DNA of 63,434 bases, counting the filler, from Octopus bimaculoides (lineage: Eukaryota): NCBI RefSeq assembly GCF_001194135.2. It is 6 parts of 6 records of this genome, joined end to end, with 100 filler letters (N's around TTAATTAATTAA, not from the genome) between each part and the next. Parts side by side here need not be neighbours in the genome. Positions count along the whole stretch, not along the records: positions 1 to 19,512 come from NC_068999.1; 5 more parts are not named here. One strand, given 5' to 3'. Both the position numbers and the translations under genes were made by a program. The notes beneath the pieces were generated by a model. The model had not been told where the DNA came from and ran no database searches. It was given only the letters and a program-made list of their open reading frames with translations. Shown here in pieces: positions 1 through 12,097 of the stretch (the first letter of the stretch is position 1; each line of letters starts with the position of its first letter).

Positions 1-519
1 TGCCAAAGAACACTGTTGAGCTTTTTAAAACTCACCCAGATTTATTTGATATCTTGTGAGACTTATAATTCCAAAATATGTGTTCGTTCTTATCGCATGG
101 AGAAAGGGATATTTTACAGTGTTTTAATAAGAAAGTGCCAAAGTATCTAGGAATTGTGTGTGTGTGTTGCTATCGTTGTTGTCATCGAAATAATTACGAC
201 AAATATGTTTCAACTCTCCTGTTAATTTTTTTTTTTTTTTACTGTCATATGCGTCCGAGTACAGTAGTTACTCCAACTTTTTATACTTCATAAGTAATGC
301 AGCGAAAACACGATATTGCTGAAAACTTTAAAAAAAATTGTTTCGAATGGAAAATATATACAAAAAAGAGAAAAGAAAGAAAAGTAAATCGATAACGACA
401 AAAAATCGGAGAGAAACATTTTGAAAATATAATGTAAATGACAGGAGGTTCTCCATATAAACATTACAAAAAATAAGAAAATAATTTAAATGAATTATGG
501 TGATACATTGCTGGAGATA

Positions 520-2100
520 TATTGCTTAAAACATATAATTCAAGAAATCTTATTAATGGGGAACATTAATTTCATTTAAACATAATTATGCAAAATGCAT
601 TAATGCGTATTATAGAATTGAAGTTCTGAAAATTTGAACCCCATGTTAATATAATTAAATTTTTATTTAATATTAATTAGATATTACATTAAAAATATTA
701 TAATTATGCTATAATATAGGAAAGTCTATTCAGGGAAACGTATATTTAAATGATATAACATACTGAATGATATTTATGGGAAATCTCTGATTTTGAAAGT
801 TGTATTTACCTGTAGATATAATTTAATGAAGAAACATAGCAGACCCAGTACGTATAAGACCCTACTTTATAAAGCACAGCTTAATCAATTTTATTAATGA
901 ACAAGATTCGTTTAGATGTTGCGACTGAGAAATAATTAATAAATGAATAATACGTAATTGATATGTCTCAGGAAAGTTGTATTGGTAACAATCAGCTGAA
1001 AGCATATAATTGAGCAAAGCTTATTAGGAAAATAATAAAAGGTAATGATATATTTTCTCAAAGCTATTATTTAAAAAGCAAATTGCATTTAAATTACATA
1101 CGTTTTCAAACCATGCTCATAAAAGAAGTATAATTTCCGTAAATAAGTTATGAAACCATACGAAGAGGCCAAATATAATTTAAATGTAATAGTTTAGCAA
1201 AATTTATCAATTGAAAAACATAATTTAAATTAGAAAACTTATCAAATATTATTAATGCCAACCTTATTAATATAAATGGCATGATTTAGTAAAGATTATT
1301 TATGCACAAACGTAATTTCAATGACGCAGTGTATGAAAGCTTTCTTTTATGGATAAAATAAATTAAATGACATAATTTAACAAACATTATTAATGGAAAA
1401 CACAACTTAAATGACATGTCCATATCAAAGCAGATCACATTACGTTAAGAACATAATTTAAATGACAACTTAGCAAACCATGTTAGTGGAAAGCAACATT
1501 TTAAAGACATATTTTATCATGGTTTATTAATGGATGGCATAATTTAAATTGTATAATTTGGCATAGCGTATTCGTACGAAAATAAAAATTGAAATGATGC
1601 CACATATTAAACTACATTAATGGAAGAACATGTTTTAACGACATAAATTATTAGATATCATTAATGCAATTTCATAATTTAATTGACATAACGTAGTAAC
1701 CATATTAACGGAAAAAGACACAAATCACATATCGCAACGTATCCAACTGCATTAAAAGACATAATTACAACAAACTGCATTAATGGACATACGTAATGAT
1801 ATAAATTAGCAAAGTATTATGAAAGAAGAATACATTGACATAAGCTAGCAGCATTTCTTAGTGGAAACAAATCGTAATTAAAAATAAAACGAGTTAATAA
1901 AAGATTGTGGAAAATAGTATTTAATGACGCATTTATTCACTGTTATTAGTAGAAAAATCATTGCTAGAGATAATGAGACAAATTCATATTTTATTGACAA
2001 AATTAATATTAATGTAACTTTGAAACCGTTTAAATATAAACGTAATTTAAACATCTCAGATTGAAATGACATAAAAATAAAAGAAGGCTAAATTAAATAT
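520..2100. repeat. Highly degenerate AT-rich tandem repeat, period about 45 bp (consensus like CATAATTTAAATGACATAATTTAGCAAACATTATTAATGGAAAA)
   Basis: The motif ATTAA(T/C)G(G/C) recurs near 1389, 1526, 1616, 1660 and 1704 (spacings of about 137, 90, 44, 44), alternating with CATAATTTAAATGAC-like words. No long ORF on either strand. Confidence 0.6.
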
Positions 2101-2177
2101 CGCAATATATATTTTTAAAAAATCAATTGAGACAAAAAAAGTTATTTCAGTGTATAACTTTAAAATTTCTTGTTCTT

Positions 2178-2182
2178 ATTTT

Positions 2183-2238
<56 letters not shown>
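2178..2238. repeat. (CAT)n microsatellite running into an N gap
   Basis: Direct reading. Confidence 0.95.
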
Positions 2239-2440
2239 NNNNNNNNNNNNNNNNNNNNNNNNNNNNNNNNNNNNNNNNNNNNNNNNNNNNNNNNNNNNNN
2301 NNNNNNNNNNNNNNNNNNNNNNNNNNNNNNNNNNNNNNNNNNNNNNNNNNNNNNNNNNNNNNNNNNNNNNNNNNNNNNNNNNNNNNNNNNNNNNNNNNNN
2401 NNNNNNNNNNNNNNNNNNNNNNNNNNNNNNNNNNNNNNNT

Positions 2441-3950
2441 TCTGCCTCTGCTATCAGAGAGAATTGCAAAATCTATGATTCATCACTGTAGATAATCAGC
2501 TCCTCTATAGTTTAGGTCGTAATTATGGGGGAATTCACGTAAGATCTTGCAATTCTCAATTTCTACCAGTCTCCGGTTTGTGTTCATAAAACCTTTTTCT
2601 GTTGTGCTTCAGTCACACGCTTGGCTGGCACCCTAATATAAGTTTTGCTTTACACAGTCACGTCTGCACCTATATGTGTTGTGCTAATACGATGCCCTCA
2701 CTCAAAAAGTCATTAACACTTTTACTTTTGTCTTCTTTGCACCACATTCTAAATTTAGTGTTTGACGGATATGTTTCGACTTTTACGCTCATCAGATGTG
2801 TTTTGAGGGCTCGTTTCTGAGCGGCTATAATTATCGTTTCTGCTACTCATTTTAATTTCTCGCACATCAAACAAAACCCGCAATCATCCAGTATCCTCTG
2901 TTTGTCTTATCAATTGTCAAGTAGCTCAATTTCTTTCCATTAGTTTTCTTCTGTGTTTCTTCTATTCATCGCACTATCCCCATACTGTTTCCGTCACATT
3001 ATCATCCTGTTCCCATCACCTGGCTGCGGAAAGTTTTCTTTCCTTTCGATAAACTCCGTAGCATTTCTATCCGGTTTCTGTATCTCGACTTCTATCCCAT
3101 TCTGAAAGAAAACAGAGTATTTAAAAACGGACATCGCGCATGTATTTGTAGCTTTGACGATGTTGACTCCATTCCATTTTGTATTGAACACATTCCTGAT
3201 TATCCTCTTGTGAATTCTTTCTCATTTCTCTTTCCATTATCCCATTGTATTACAGAACTACTGGCGATTAGTACCTCTCATTAATCCCACAGTGGGCAAA
3301 TTATATTGATTTGCGTTAGTTTTATGCGGGTGTTTAACCTCCGGCGTCTCTTCGGCATTCGTATTGCACATTTAATTCACACAAACTGCATTCAATTTTC
3401 ATTCATTGTGGTTTCCATTTCTTGTCAAGTACCTTTCCAAGTCCTACGGAAAGAAAAAGGCTCACTTTATTCATTAAAATACCATAAAATTAAACACATC
3501 TCCAGTTTTGATATGGATACACTACGCAACATTATTATACATAGAATATTGCATCATCTACTCTGAAAGAATATGTTAAACTTTTAGTCGCATACTACGG
3601 AAGCTATACAATCGTTTGTATCACCACCCCATGAAAATACATACAAATCCATTCAAGTATCATTCTAGGATCTCAAACATTCTCTTTAATAAGCCCCTAA
3701 ATTTAGCACTTAAAATTCCGACCAAACTAGAAGCGATATGGGTATAATTCTACCAGCTCCTCGAACAGTTACAGATTTTGACAGGAAGCTATGTGCATCC
3801 TGATTACGTCGATATCCCAATCGGTTCTAGTGACTCGTGCCAGCTGAATGCCTTTCTGGGATGTAAAATAATCCATTCTCTGAGATCACTTCTCCATTAT
3901 TTATGGATCTCACCCAGCTTGCGGTCCAGAAATGTAGTAACAGACAGATA
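2441..3950 (-). mobile_element. Ancient R4/Dong-like (RLE) non-LTR retrotransposon remnant
   Basis: Minus-strand translation with stops and frameshifts: ETIIIAAQKRALKTHLMSVKVETYPSNTKFRMWCKE, then YEHKPET-VEIENCKILREFPI. These match the IAAQEQALRTNY / WYEHxPExVVEN.KILWDF segments of the better-preserved copies at 25697-26203 and 22995-24288. The RT-like part (3550-3950) is very eroded. Confidence 0.7.
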
Positions 3951-6900
3951 GAACAATATAGAAGAACAAATATCATGTATGTATGTGTATATGTACAAAT
4001 ATTTATGCCTCTATGTATGCATGTATGTACATATGTGTATGTGAGTATGAATGAGCCAAATGCGTTCACATATTTTCCTATTTGAATTAACGGGTGTGCT
4101 TGTGAATGGACATTCACAATTTATATATTCGTATACTTAAGTGCATCTGCGCTAGTGTGTTTGCGCATTTGCTTACACATATACGTGTGCGTGCACAGGA
4201 GTGTATGTTCTCTGGTTATATATATATATATATATATATATATANNNNNNNNNNNNNNNNNNNNNNNNNNNNNNNNNNNNNNNNNNNNNNNNNNNNNNNN
4301 NNNNNNNNNNNNNNNNNNNNNNNNNNNNNNNNNNNNNNNNNNNNNNNNNNNNNNNNNNNNNNNNNNNNNNNNNNNNNNNNNNNNNNNNNNNNNNNNNNNN
4401 NNNNNNNNNNNNNNNNNNNNNNNNNNNNNNNNNNNNNNNNNNNNNNNNNNNNNNNNNNNNNNNNNNNNNNNNNNNNNNNNNNNNNNNNNNNNNNNNNNNN
4501 NNNNNNNNNNNNNNNNNNNNNNNNNNNNNNNNNNNNNNNNNNNNNNNNNNNNNNNNNNNNNNNNNNNNNNNNNNNNNNNNNNNNNNNNNNNNNNNNNNNN
4601 NNNNNNNNNNNNNNNNNNNNNNNNNNNNNNNNNNNNNNNNNNNNNNNNNNNNNNNNNNNNNNNNNNNNNNNNNNNNNNNNNNNNNNNNNNNNNNNNNNNN
4701 NNNNNNNNNNNNNNNNNNNNNNNNNNNNNNNNNNNNNNNNNNNNNNNNNNNNNNNNNNNNNNNNNNNNNNNNNNNNNNNNNNNNNNNNNNNNNNNNNNNN
4801 NNNNNNNNNNNNNNNNNNNNNNNNNNNNNNNNNNNNNNNNNNNNNNNNNNNNNNNNNNNNNNNNNNNNNNNNNNNNNNNNNNNNNNNNNNNNNNNNNNNN
4901 NNNNNNNNNNNNNNNNNNNNNNNNNNNNNNNNNNNNNNNNNNNNNNNNNNNNNNNNNNNNNNNNNNNNNNNNNNNNNNNNNNNNNNNNNNNNNNNNNNNN
5001 NNNNNNNNNNNNNNNNNNNNNNNNNNTATAAATGTATTTGGAACGAAAAAGTAGACCGTCAAGTTTCCGCTTGCCAAGCATTTAAATATTCACAATGTAT
5101 TCCACCGATAAATAAATTATCTTCTGGTGCTTAGCCAGAAAATGGGAATTCTAAGAGTTCAAATTAGTATGACGAATGTATAAATAAATATGCTTATTTT
5201 AAATGCTATTTTAAAGTCATATAACATTGAACGTTTCAGAATTATATTCTGTTTACAGCATAAATATTTAATTAAAACGGAGATACATGTATAAATGTAA
5301 GTTGTACACAAAAGAGCTATTCATCACCAAAATTGTAATGTGGACAGACCAGGCAAGGGGTGTACTCATTTAATGGGAGACTTTGACGCTCTGGAGGAGT
5401 CCGTACACGTGCACTTGTTCAGGGAATATTCAGTTAACTGAAGCACTATTCTATATCTATCACTATAAGCAAATGAGCGATTTTTTCCAGTATTTGCAAA
5501 CTTACAGTGACTCTTATGGACGTATGTATATATATATGTATACGTGTACAAACACATACAGACAGACACACACACGCACGCACCCACACATATATATTGA
5601 TGAAATTATATGCATGTATATCGTTCTATATATCTATATCTATGTATATAAATATATAATTGCATATGTGCATATATGTAAATATACATATACATACATA
5701 CATACANNNNNNNNNNNNNNNNNNNNNNNNNNNNNNNNNNNNNNNNNNNNNNNNNNNNNNNNNNNNNNNNNNNNNNNNNNNNNNNNNNNNNNNNNNNNNN
5801 NNNNNNNNNNNNNNNNNNNNNNNNNNNNNNNNNNNNNNNNNNNNNNNNNNNNNNNNNNNNNNNNNNNNNNNNNNNNNNNNNNNNNNNNNNNNNNNNNNNN
5901 NNNNNNNNNNNNNNNNNNNNNNNNNNNNNNNNNNNNNNNNNNNNNNNNNNNNNNNNNNNNNNNNNNNNNNNNNNNNNNNNNNNNNNNNNNNNNNNNNNNN
6001 NNNNNNNNNNNNNNNNNNNNNNNNNNNNNNNNNNNNNNNNNNNNNNNNNNNNNNNNNNNNNNNNNNNNNNNNNNNNNNNNNNNNNNNNNNNNNNNNNNNN
6101 NNNNNNNNNNNNNNNNNNNNNNNNNNNNNNNNNNNNNNNNNNNNNNNNNNNNNNNNNNNNNNNNNNNNNNNNNNNNNNNNNNNNNNNNNNNNNNNNNNNN
6201 NNNNNNNNNNNNNNNNNNNNNNNNNNNNNNNNNNNNNNNNNNNNNNNNNNNNNNNNNNNNNNNNNNNNNNNNNNNNNNNNNNNNNNNNNNNNNNNNNNNN
6301 NNNNNNNNNNNNNNNNNNNNNNNNNNNNNNNNNNNNNNNNNNNNNNNNNNNNNNNNNNNNNNNNNNNNNNNNNNNNNNNNNNNNNNNNNNNNNNNNNNNN
6401 NNNNNNNNNNNNNNNNNNNNNNNNNNNNNNNNNNNNNNNNNNNNNNNNNNNNNNNNNNNNNNNNNNNNNNNNNNNNNNNNNNNNNNNNNNNNNNNNNNNN
6501 NNNNNNNNNNNNNNNNNNNNNNNNNNNNNNNNNNNNNNNNNNNNNNNNNNNNNNNNNNNNNNNNNNNNNNNNNNNNNNTAGATAGATAGATATATAGATA
6601 GATAGATACATACATACATATATACATACATACTTACATGCATAACTACATACATGGATATACATATGTAGCTACAATCTCACATATATATATATATATT
6701 CATGCCTGGAATGAGGATTACATGCTTACAGGCATATATATACATACACGCACACACTTACATAGTGTCGGTGGTAGTGTTATATCCATTCACATGTACA
6801 CGTCTCTTCGAGTATGTGTGTGTCTGTGTTTCACAATATGTTCATGTTTGTGCGAATGTCCGTGGGCGCGTGAGTTTGAGCGCGTGTGTGTGTGTGCTTG

Positions 6901-7445
6901 TGTGTGTTTGCGTATGCGTGTATGTATGTGTTTCTCCTTATTTGGATGGATTATTGATTCAATATATGCAATTACATTTCTTTCACACAAAATATCCAGA
7001 CTAATATATCGTTCCATATATATTTCACTTTCTGCTGTTGATGCTATACGTAAGCAACGCCTACTCACAAACACCCAATCGCTAACATACAGAAATATAA
7101 TCGCAACAGACACATAATTTTACGTTTCATAACAATCTTAGACACAATAACATTGGCTGGCCGTATTTGTAATAGTGTCTATAGCTATCAAATCAAATAT
7201 TTTTATCAATGTAAATGACGTTTCTAAGAAAATACGTTCTTCCATAATAGTTCAGATCACATATACTTTACGTGTTTCAGTCATTAGATGGCAGCCATCA
7301 CGGGTCAATATAATGAGTGTCTTTGTTGTACACATCGGCCTCAGGGCTAGTTTGTAGTACTTGATATGGCGCGGTCTTTTGCCAAATTATTAAATTAAGG
7401 AACTGCAATTAAATCGACATGCGTTGTCTACAGTTGGGGTGTTCA

Positions 7446-7496
<51 letters not shown>

Positions 7497-7821
7497 NNNN
7501 NNNNNNNNNNNNNNNNNNNNNNNNNNNNNNNNNNNNNNNNNNNNNNNNNNNNNNNNNNNNNNNNNNNNNNNNNNNNNNNNNNNNNNNNNNNNNNNNNNNN
7601 NNNNNNNNNNNNNNNNNNNNNNNNNNNNNNNNNNNNNNNNNNNNNNNNNNNNNNNNNNNNNNNNNNNNNNNNNNNNNNNNNNNNNNNNNNNNNNNNNNNN
7701 NNNNNNNNNNNNNNNNNNNNNNNNNNNNNNNNNNNNNNNNNNNNNNNNNNNNNNNNNNNNNNNNNNNNNNNNNNNNNTATATATATATATATATATATAT
7801 GTAAGTATGTATATATGTATT

Positions 7822-7855
<34 letters not shown>

Positions 7856-9101
7856 TAGCACTTAGGAATGGGGATTTCAAACCCAGGCAGTTACGTTACG
7901 AATTGCTGATGAAATCCAGATGTGATTATCCTCATCGAAGTTTAGGAAACATTCATAATCATTAATCATTTAGAATAGACAACTAACTTGTAATCCAATT
8001 TATTGGTTAATCTTGAGTTAGATTCAATCTATTTTATGTAGAATGCAGAGTATGCTATCAAACCATATTAATGAAGAATAGAGAGTACACGTCTTCAAAC
8101 TTAATTTCACAGAAATTATTTTCATGTTCTACATCGCTTCATGTTTCGGTTAATTAAATGTATTATTTTCATTTGATGCGTAATATATTTTTTTGGCCTT
8201 CACTTGAGTTGTAATATATCAACATATGAACGGTGTCATTACATCTATGTCCACACATTCTACGAGTATCGTTAGTTTGTGATTTAAGGAATACTTGGAA
8301 GTTATTAGTAGCAGTTCGGCCAACGACCTTCAGACACCCGTGATAATTCGGTCGTAAAGTATGTTAGAGTGTTTCTTGTATGTGCGTTACCCTAATTTAA
8401 TCAGCCCTACCATATCCTCTACGGCGATATTGCATGAGGCTATGTGAGATTTGGTACCTATTTGTAGTTCCTTGATCGTGTAAAATCAGTGTCAATTAAA
8501 TATGTGTGTGTGCGTGTTTCTGTATGAGCATGTACGTGTATTAGAAAACGATGACATAGAATGCGTTGGGCATGTCGTCAAGGCAGTGGATTGAGAGGAA
8601 AGGACTCTGATGACCATAAATAATTAAGCGATCGACTGAAAACTAAATGAAGCAACCAATTAGTTACTGGGATGGTAACCATCCCACTATACAACATACT
8701 GTGTATGAATAAACGATCGTCCGGAAAACGCATTGAAAATATAACAATTAGTTAAATGAAATAACGTTCACTTTCTACTTATTAGCTTTACTTTACGATT
8801 ATCGCTTTCCTGCAATCACTTACTTTTTATGTGCCAACATCGAAGGATAAACACAGGAAATAGTGAAAATAATATAATAGCAAATTCACATCGCGGAATA
8901 TAAGGGGAAAATACTACATCTTCGAAAATAGATTGTTTGCACAAATTTTAGCCACACGTGCATTACTATTTTCCTGCATGAAATATCATTCAGTGTCCCA
9001 TCTCTTCCGTGACACATTCATTCTTCGAACAATATCTGGCATTGTGCTGGGTTGTCTTGAGTACGTTATTTCCATTTGCCAAGTGAACACGATATGAATA
9101 A

Positions 9102-9147
9102 GACACCTGATGAAGACTGGAGGGTATATCAGCCGAAACGTTGTGTT
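9102..9147 (+). ncRNA. Minimal type I hammerhead ribozyme motif (PLE-type)
   Basis: GACAC-CTGATGA-A-GACTG(gagggtatat)CAGCC-GAAA-CG-TT-GTGTT. Core CUGAUGA at 9107-9113 and GAAA at 9135-9138; stem I GACAC/GTGTT; stem II with one mismatch; palindromic loopless stem III (ACGU). Confidence 0.75.
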
Positions 9148-9764
9148 GACAACAAACACGATATACATTGTTATTCAATCGTCAGGTTAAGGAAATTAAA
9201 ATGAGGTAGAATCTGTAATGTTTTAAGTTTCTTTATAGTGGTCCTTAAAACGCGCTCAAATTCGTGAAACAGAACGACGAAAGGTAACTTATAGAATGTA
9301 GACATCTCTTGAGGAATCATGAAATTGTTATCATGTATGTGCGTATAAAATATATTTGGATAAAACCATAAGTATTAATTCTTATATATTCACTCACCGG
9401 TTGTTGTTTCTTAATGTGTGTGTATGTATCCGATACTTTTAAGGATGGCATTGAATAAAAATACAGTAGAGAAGAGGTACAAGCTACAATAGGTGATCGT
9501 GTTAATAGAAATATCAATTTTCACATCCTTGCAAAACAAATTACAAATCAAAATGTTATAGGTTGATATCAGTGACAACTTGACATCATGTAAATGAATA
9601 TAGAGTAGCGGATTATATAAGCGGTCCGATTTAGAACAATATACTCTATTCATTTCCCTTCTTTCTAAATCCAACACAGGGTGATTTAATTTTAATTCTT
9701 TAATGAATAACTGTTTCAAATGTTGTCAAAACCTAGCAAGTTTGAGGAAAGAGTTATGTGGAAT

Positions 9765-9880
9765 ATATTGACCCGGCGCTCTACTCGAGCTTATTTTATC
9801 GACACAGAACAGATGAAAGGCTAAATCGACATCAACGGAAATTGAACACAATGTAAAGACGGGCTAAATGCCGCAATGTG
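9765..9880 (-). mobile_element. Degenerate SINE family B fragment
   Basis: TTATTTTATCGAC...GATGAAAGGCTAAATCGAC is the reverse complement of the family B central block. Confidence 0.5.
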
Positions 9881-10541
9881 TACTAAATATTACATGGATA
9901 GATAGAATCGAGTTTGCCTGTTGGCTACGCTCATTGCAGGACCATATCACAATTACTGGACCCAATAAATTCTGAAAGTGAAATAATTTATACATAAAAT
10001 AATAACAACGTATGCATAAATAAAACGAGGTTTTAAATCATATAGATTGTTACATTTTTCTGAATATATCTTCGCTCTGTTTTTCACATAAATTTTAAAC
10101 ATTGATAAAATGCCCGAACACTCCATAATTATGATGCATAGAATAAAGAGAAGAATTGGGATATAACCATATTTCTGAAAGCAGGGAAAACGCCAGATAT
10201 AAAGTAAATAATTACTCAATTTCAAGAACTGATGTGGAGCCATCAACCTTAAAGAAAACCTTATAGTGATTGATTGAATCGCAGACAAAATTTATAAGGA
10301 TGTAACGACAAGATATGAATCAATGTACATTATGTAAACTCCAATGTTTATCGTACGTCATATTGATAGAGTGTTTCATAAACCCTTACAGTTTAGTTCA
10401 TATTTATTGTATTAAGTCGATGTTAATGTTTGCTATATATGCTCTATTAAGAAACATTTATATGTTTGTATACGTAACAGCATCTTCATGCAATAAGATT
10501 GTTATGTCTCAAGCTAGTGCTATCTAGCACCTTCGGATGAT

Positions 10542-10618
10542 CTCTACTCAATCGCTACACAACTGCTACTCGACTGCTACTCAAATGCTGCTCAACTGCT
10601 TCTCAACTGTTACTCAAC
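10542..10618. repeat. 11-bp minisatellite (TGCTACTCAAC) x about 7
   Basis: Units read directly: tgctactcgac, tgctactcaaa, tgctgctcaac, tgcttctcaac, tgttactcaac, plus two more diverged units upstream. Confidence 0.85.
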
Positions 10619-11216
10619 ATTCTACCACGCCAGACTACCTCTATTTATTCTACTTCTTCACCTGGGGGCGTCGACACAACAAAGATATATCCTGTGTGAG
10701 AGCATCTTCGGTATTCAGTTATAGATATCCATTGCTCACACACTTTCAGCGAATACCGTGGCATCAGCGGTAAAATAGGAAATGGTAATGATTATAAGTT
10801 TTCCCAATTAACTTAATTAGTATTGTAAATAAATGTAATTAACTAATGCTAGCAATTCCAATCCCCTATAGTATTATACTATCATTCATCTTCCATTAGT
10901 CGATATTTATTCTTTTTCATTTGAGAATCAATTGATTGTTGTATAATACATGCTGTGGAAAGCAACTAGTCTACTCCTACTGCAAGATATTAGTCATCTT
11001 CAATATTATTAGTTATCTAATTGTGAATAACATTGTTGATTGGTAATTTGTGTCAAACAGCGTCTTTGGCCAATGAGTAGATTTTTCATTATAATAATGA
11101 AATATTGTGTTGAAATGTAACTTGCTTGCATTCAGCTTCTACTGAATAGCTCTGAATGAATAATTACTGTGTTCGACTGCGTTGAATACTTCTAAATTTA
11201 GTGAATTATAACTTAC

Positions 11217-11300
11217 CAGTTGATTTCTGGTGTAGTTATTTAATTTTTTTCGTATTACGTAAATGCCTATATGAAAATCTATTATTTTACATTCATTTGC
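11217..11300 (-). CDS. Candidate 84-nt internal exon (phase 0-0), ANECKIIDFHIGIYVIRKKLNNYTRNQL
   Basis: Acceptor tgcttgtacag|GCA, donor CTG|gtaagt, open frame, unique non-repetitive context. No homology recognised; could be chance. Confidence 0.25.
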
Positions 11301-11953
11301 CTGTACAAGCATTCTATTGATGATTAACTGCTTGTGGTAATGGCGATTGCATTAATGCACACGTGCTCAAGATGTCCGCCGATAAAGATTCTCTGAATAT
11401 TACTTCAAATTATTGAATAATTAAATTCAAATTCCTTTCTATAACAATGAAACTTATTACATTTCGCTCATGTGGCGGTTCGATAAGATAATCTCATGGA
11501 TTCTATTTACAATATTAACAGTAGTATCCCGAGATTCAATTTAACATGGCTTAAGTTAACTTATATATTCCAGAATATACGAAATCCGCTTTATTGTTTG
11601 ATATTCGCTGAATTAATGCTAAAAAATAGTTTATAAATGTCAAAGCATTCCTTCTTACTTACAAACGGTGAACTGATTAATATCGTTATTAAAATTATAT
11701 TTACTCGTACAGAGCTTACTTTAGTGCGATTCAAATCTGTTCTGCATTATTGTATGGGTGGACGAATTACGTCATGCTAAGGAAAGTTGCATAGAATCAA
11801 AACGTTTTGCTTTCTATCCCATTCAGGGACTCAGGTTCAACATATTCCATATGTGTATAGTTAAGATGACAGGATCTTAAGATGACATAATATGCAGAAA
11901 TGGTCACCTTTGTTTATGGACACTGAAGATGACTTAATATTTCAAAACTGTAG

Positions 11954-12097
11954 TTGGCCTTCATTACACCTGGTGGTGGTAATTCCACTTCAAGCATCCG
12001 ATCAAATTCATTATTTATGGATGGCTATGTAAATCCCGTTTTGGAAGACAATCCCATATTCAAAGACCACAAAGAAATCAACGCGTGTCTTCTTTAA
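11954..12097 (+). CDS. Candidate terminal exon LAFITPGGGNSTSSIRSNSLFMDGYVNPVLEDNPIFKDHKEINACLL*
   Basis: Branch-like CTTAAT, then ctgtag|TTG, and 47 open codons with natural-looking composition. The antisense frame is also open, and the strand conflicts with the other candidate exons. Confidence 0.15.
   Translation: MAFITPGGGNSTSSIRSNSLFMDGYVNPVLEDNPIFKDHKEINACLL

Noticed and set aside
2770-2800. Minus-strand CTGATGA...GAAAC hammerhead-like words
   Set aside because: Stems do not pair, and the words lie inside the LINE reading frame; coincidence.
4106-6665. 300-400 aa ORFs here and at 35314-36153, 44505-45722, 55647-56477 and 60022-60913
   Set aside because: They are N gaps translated as X, flanked by microsatellites.
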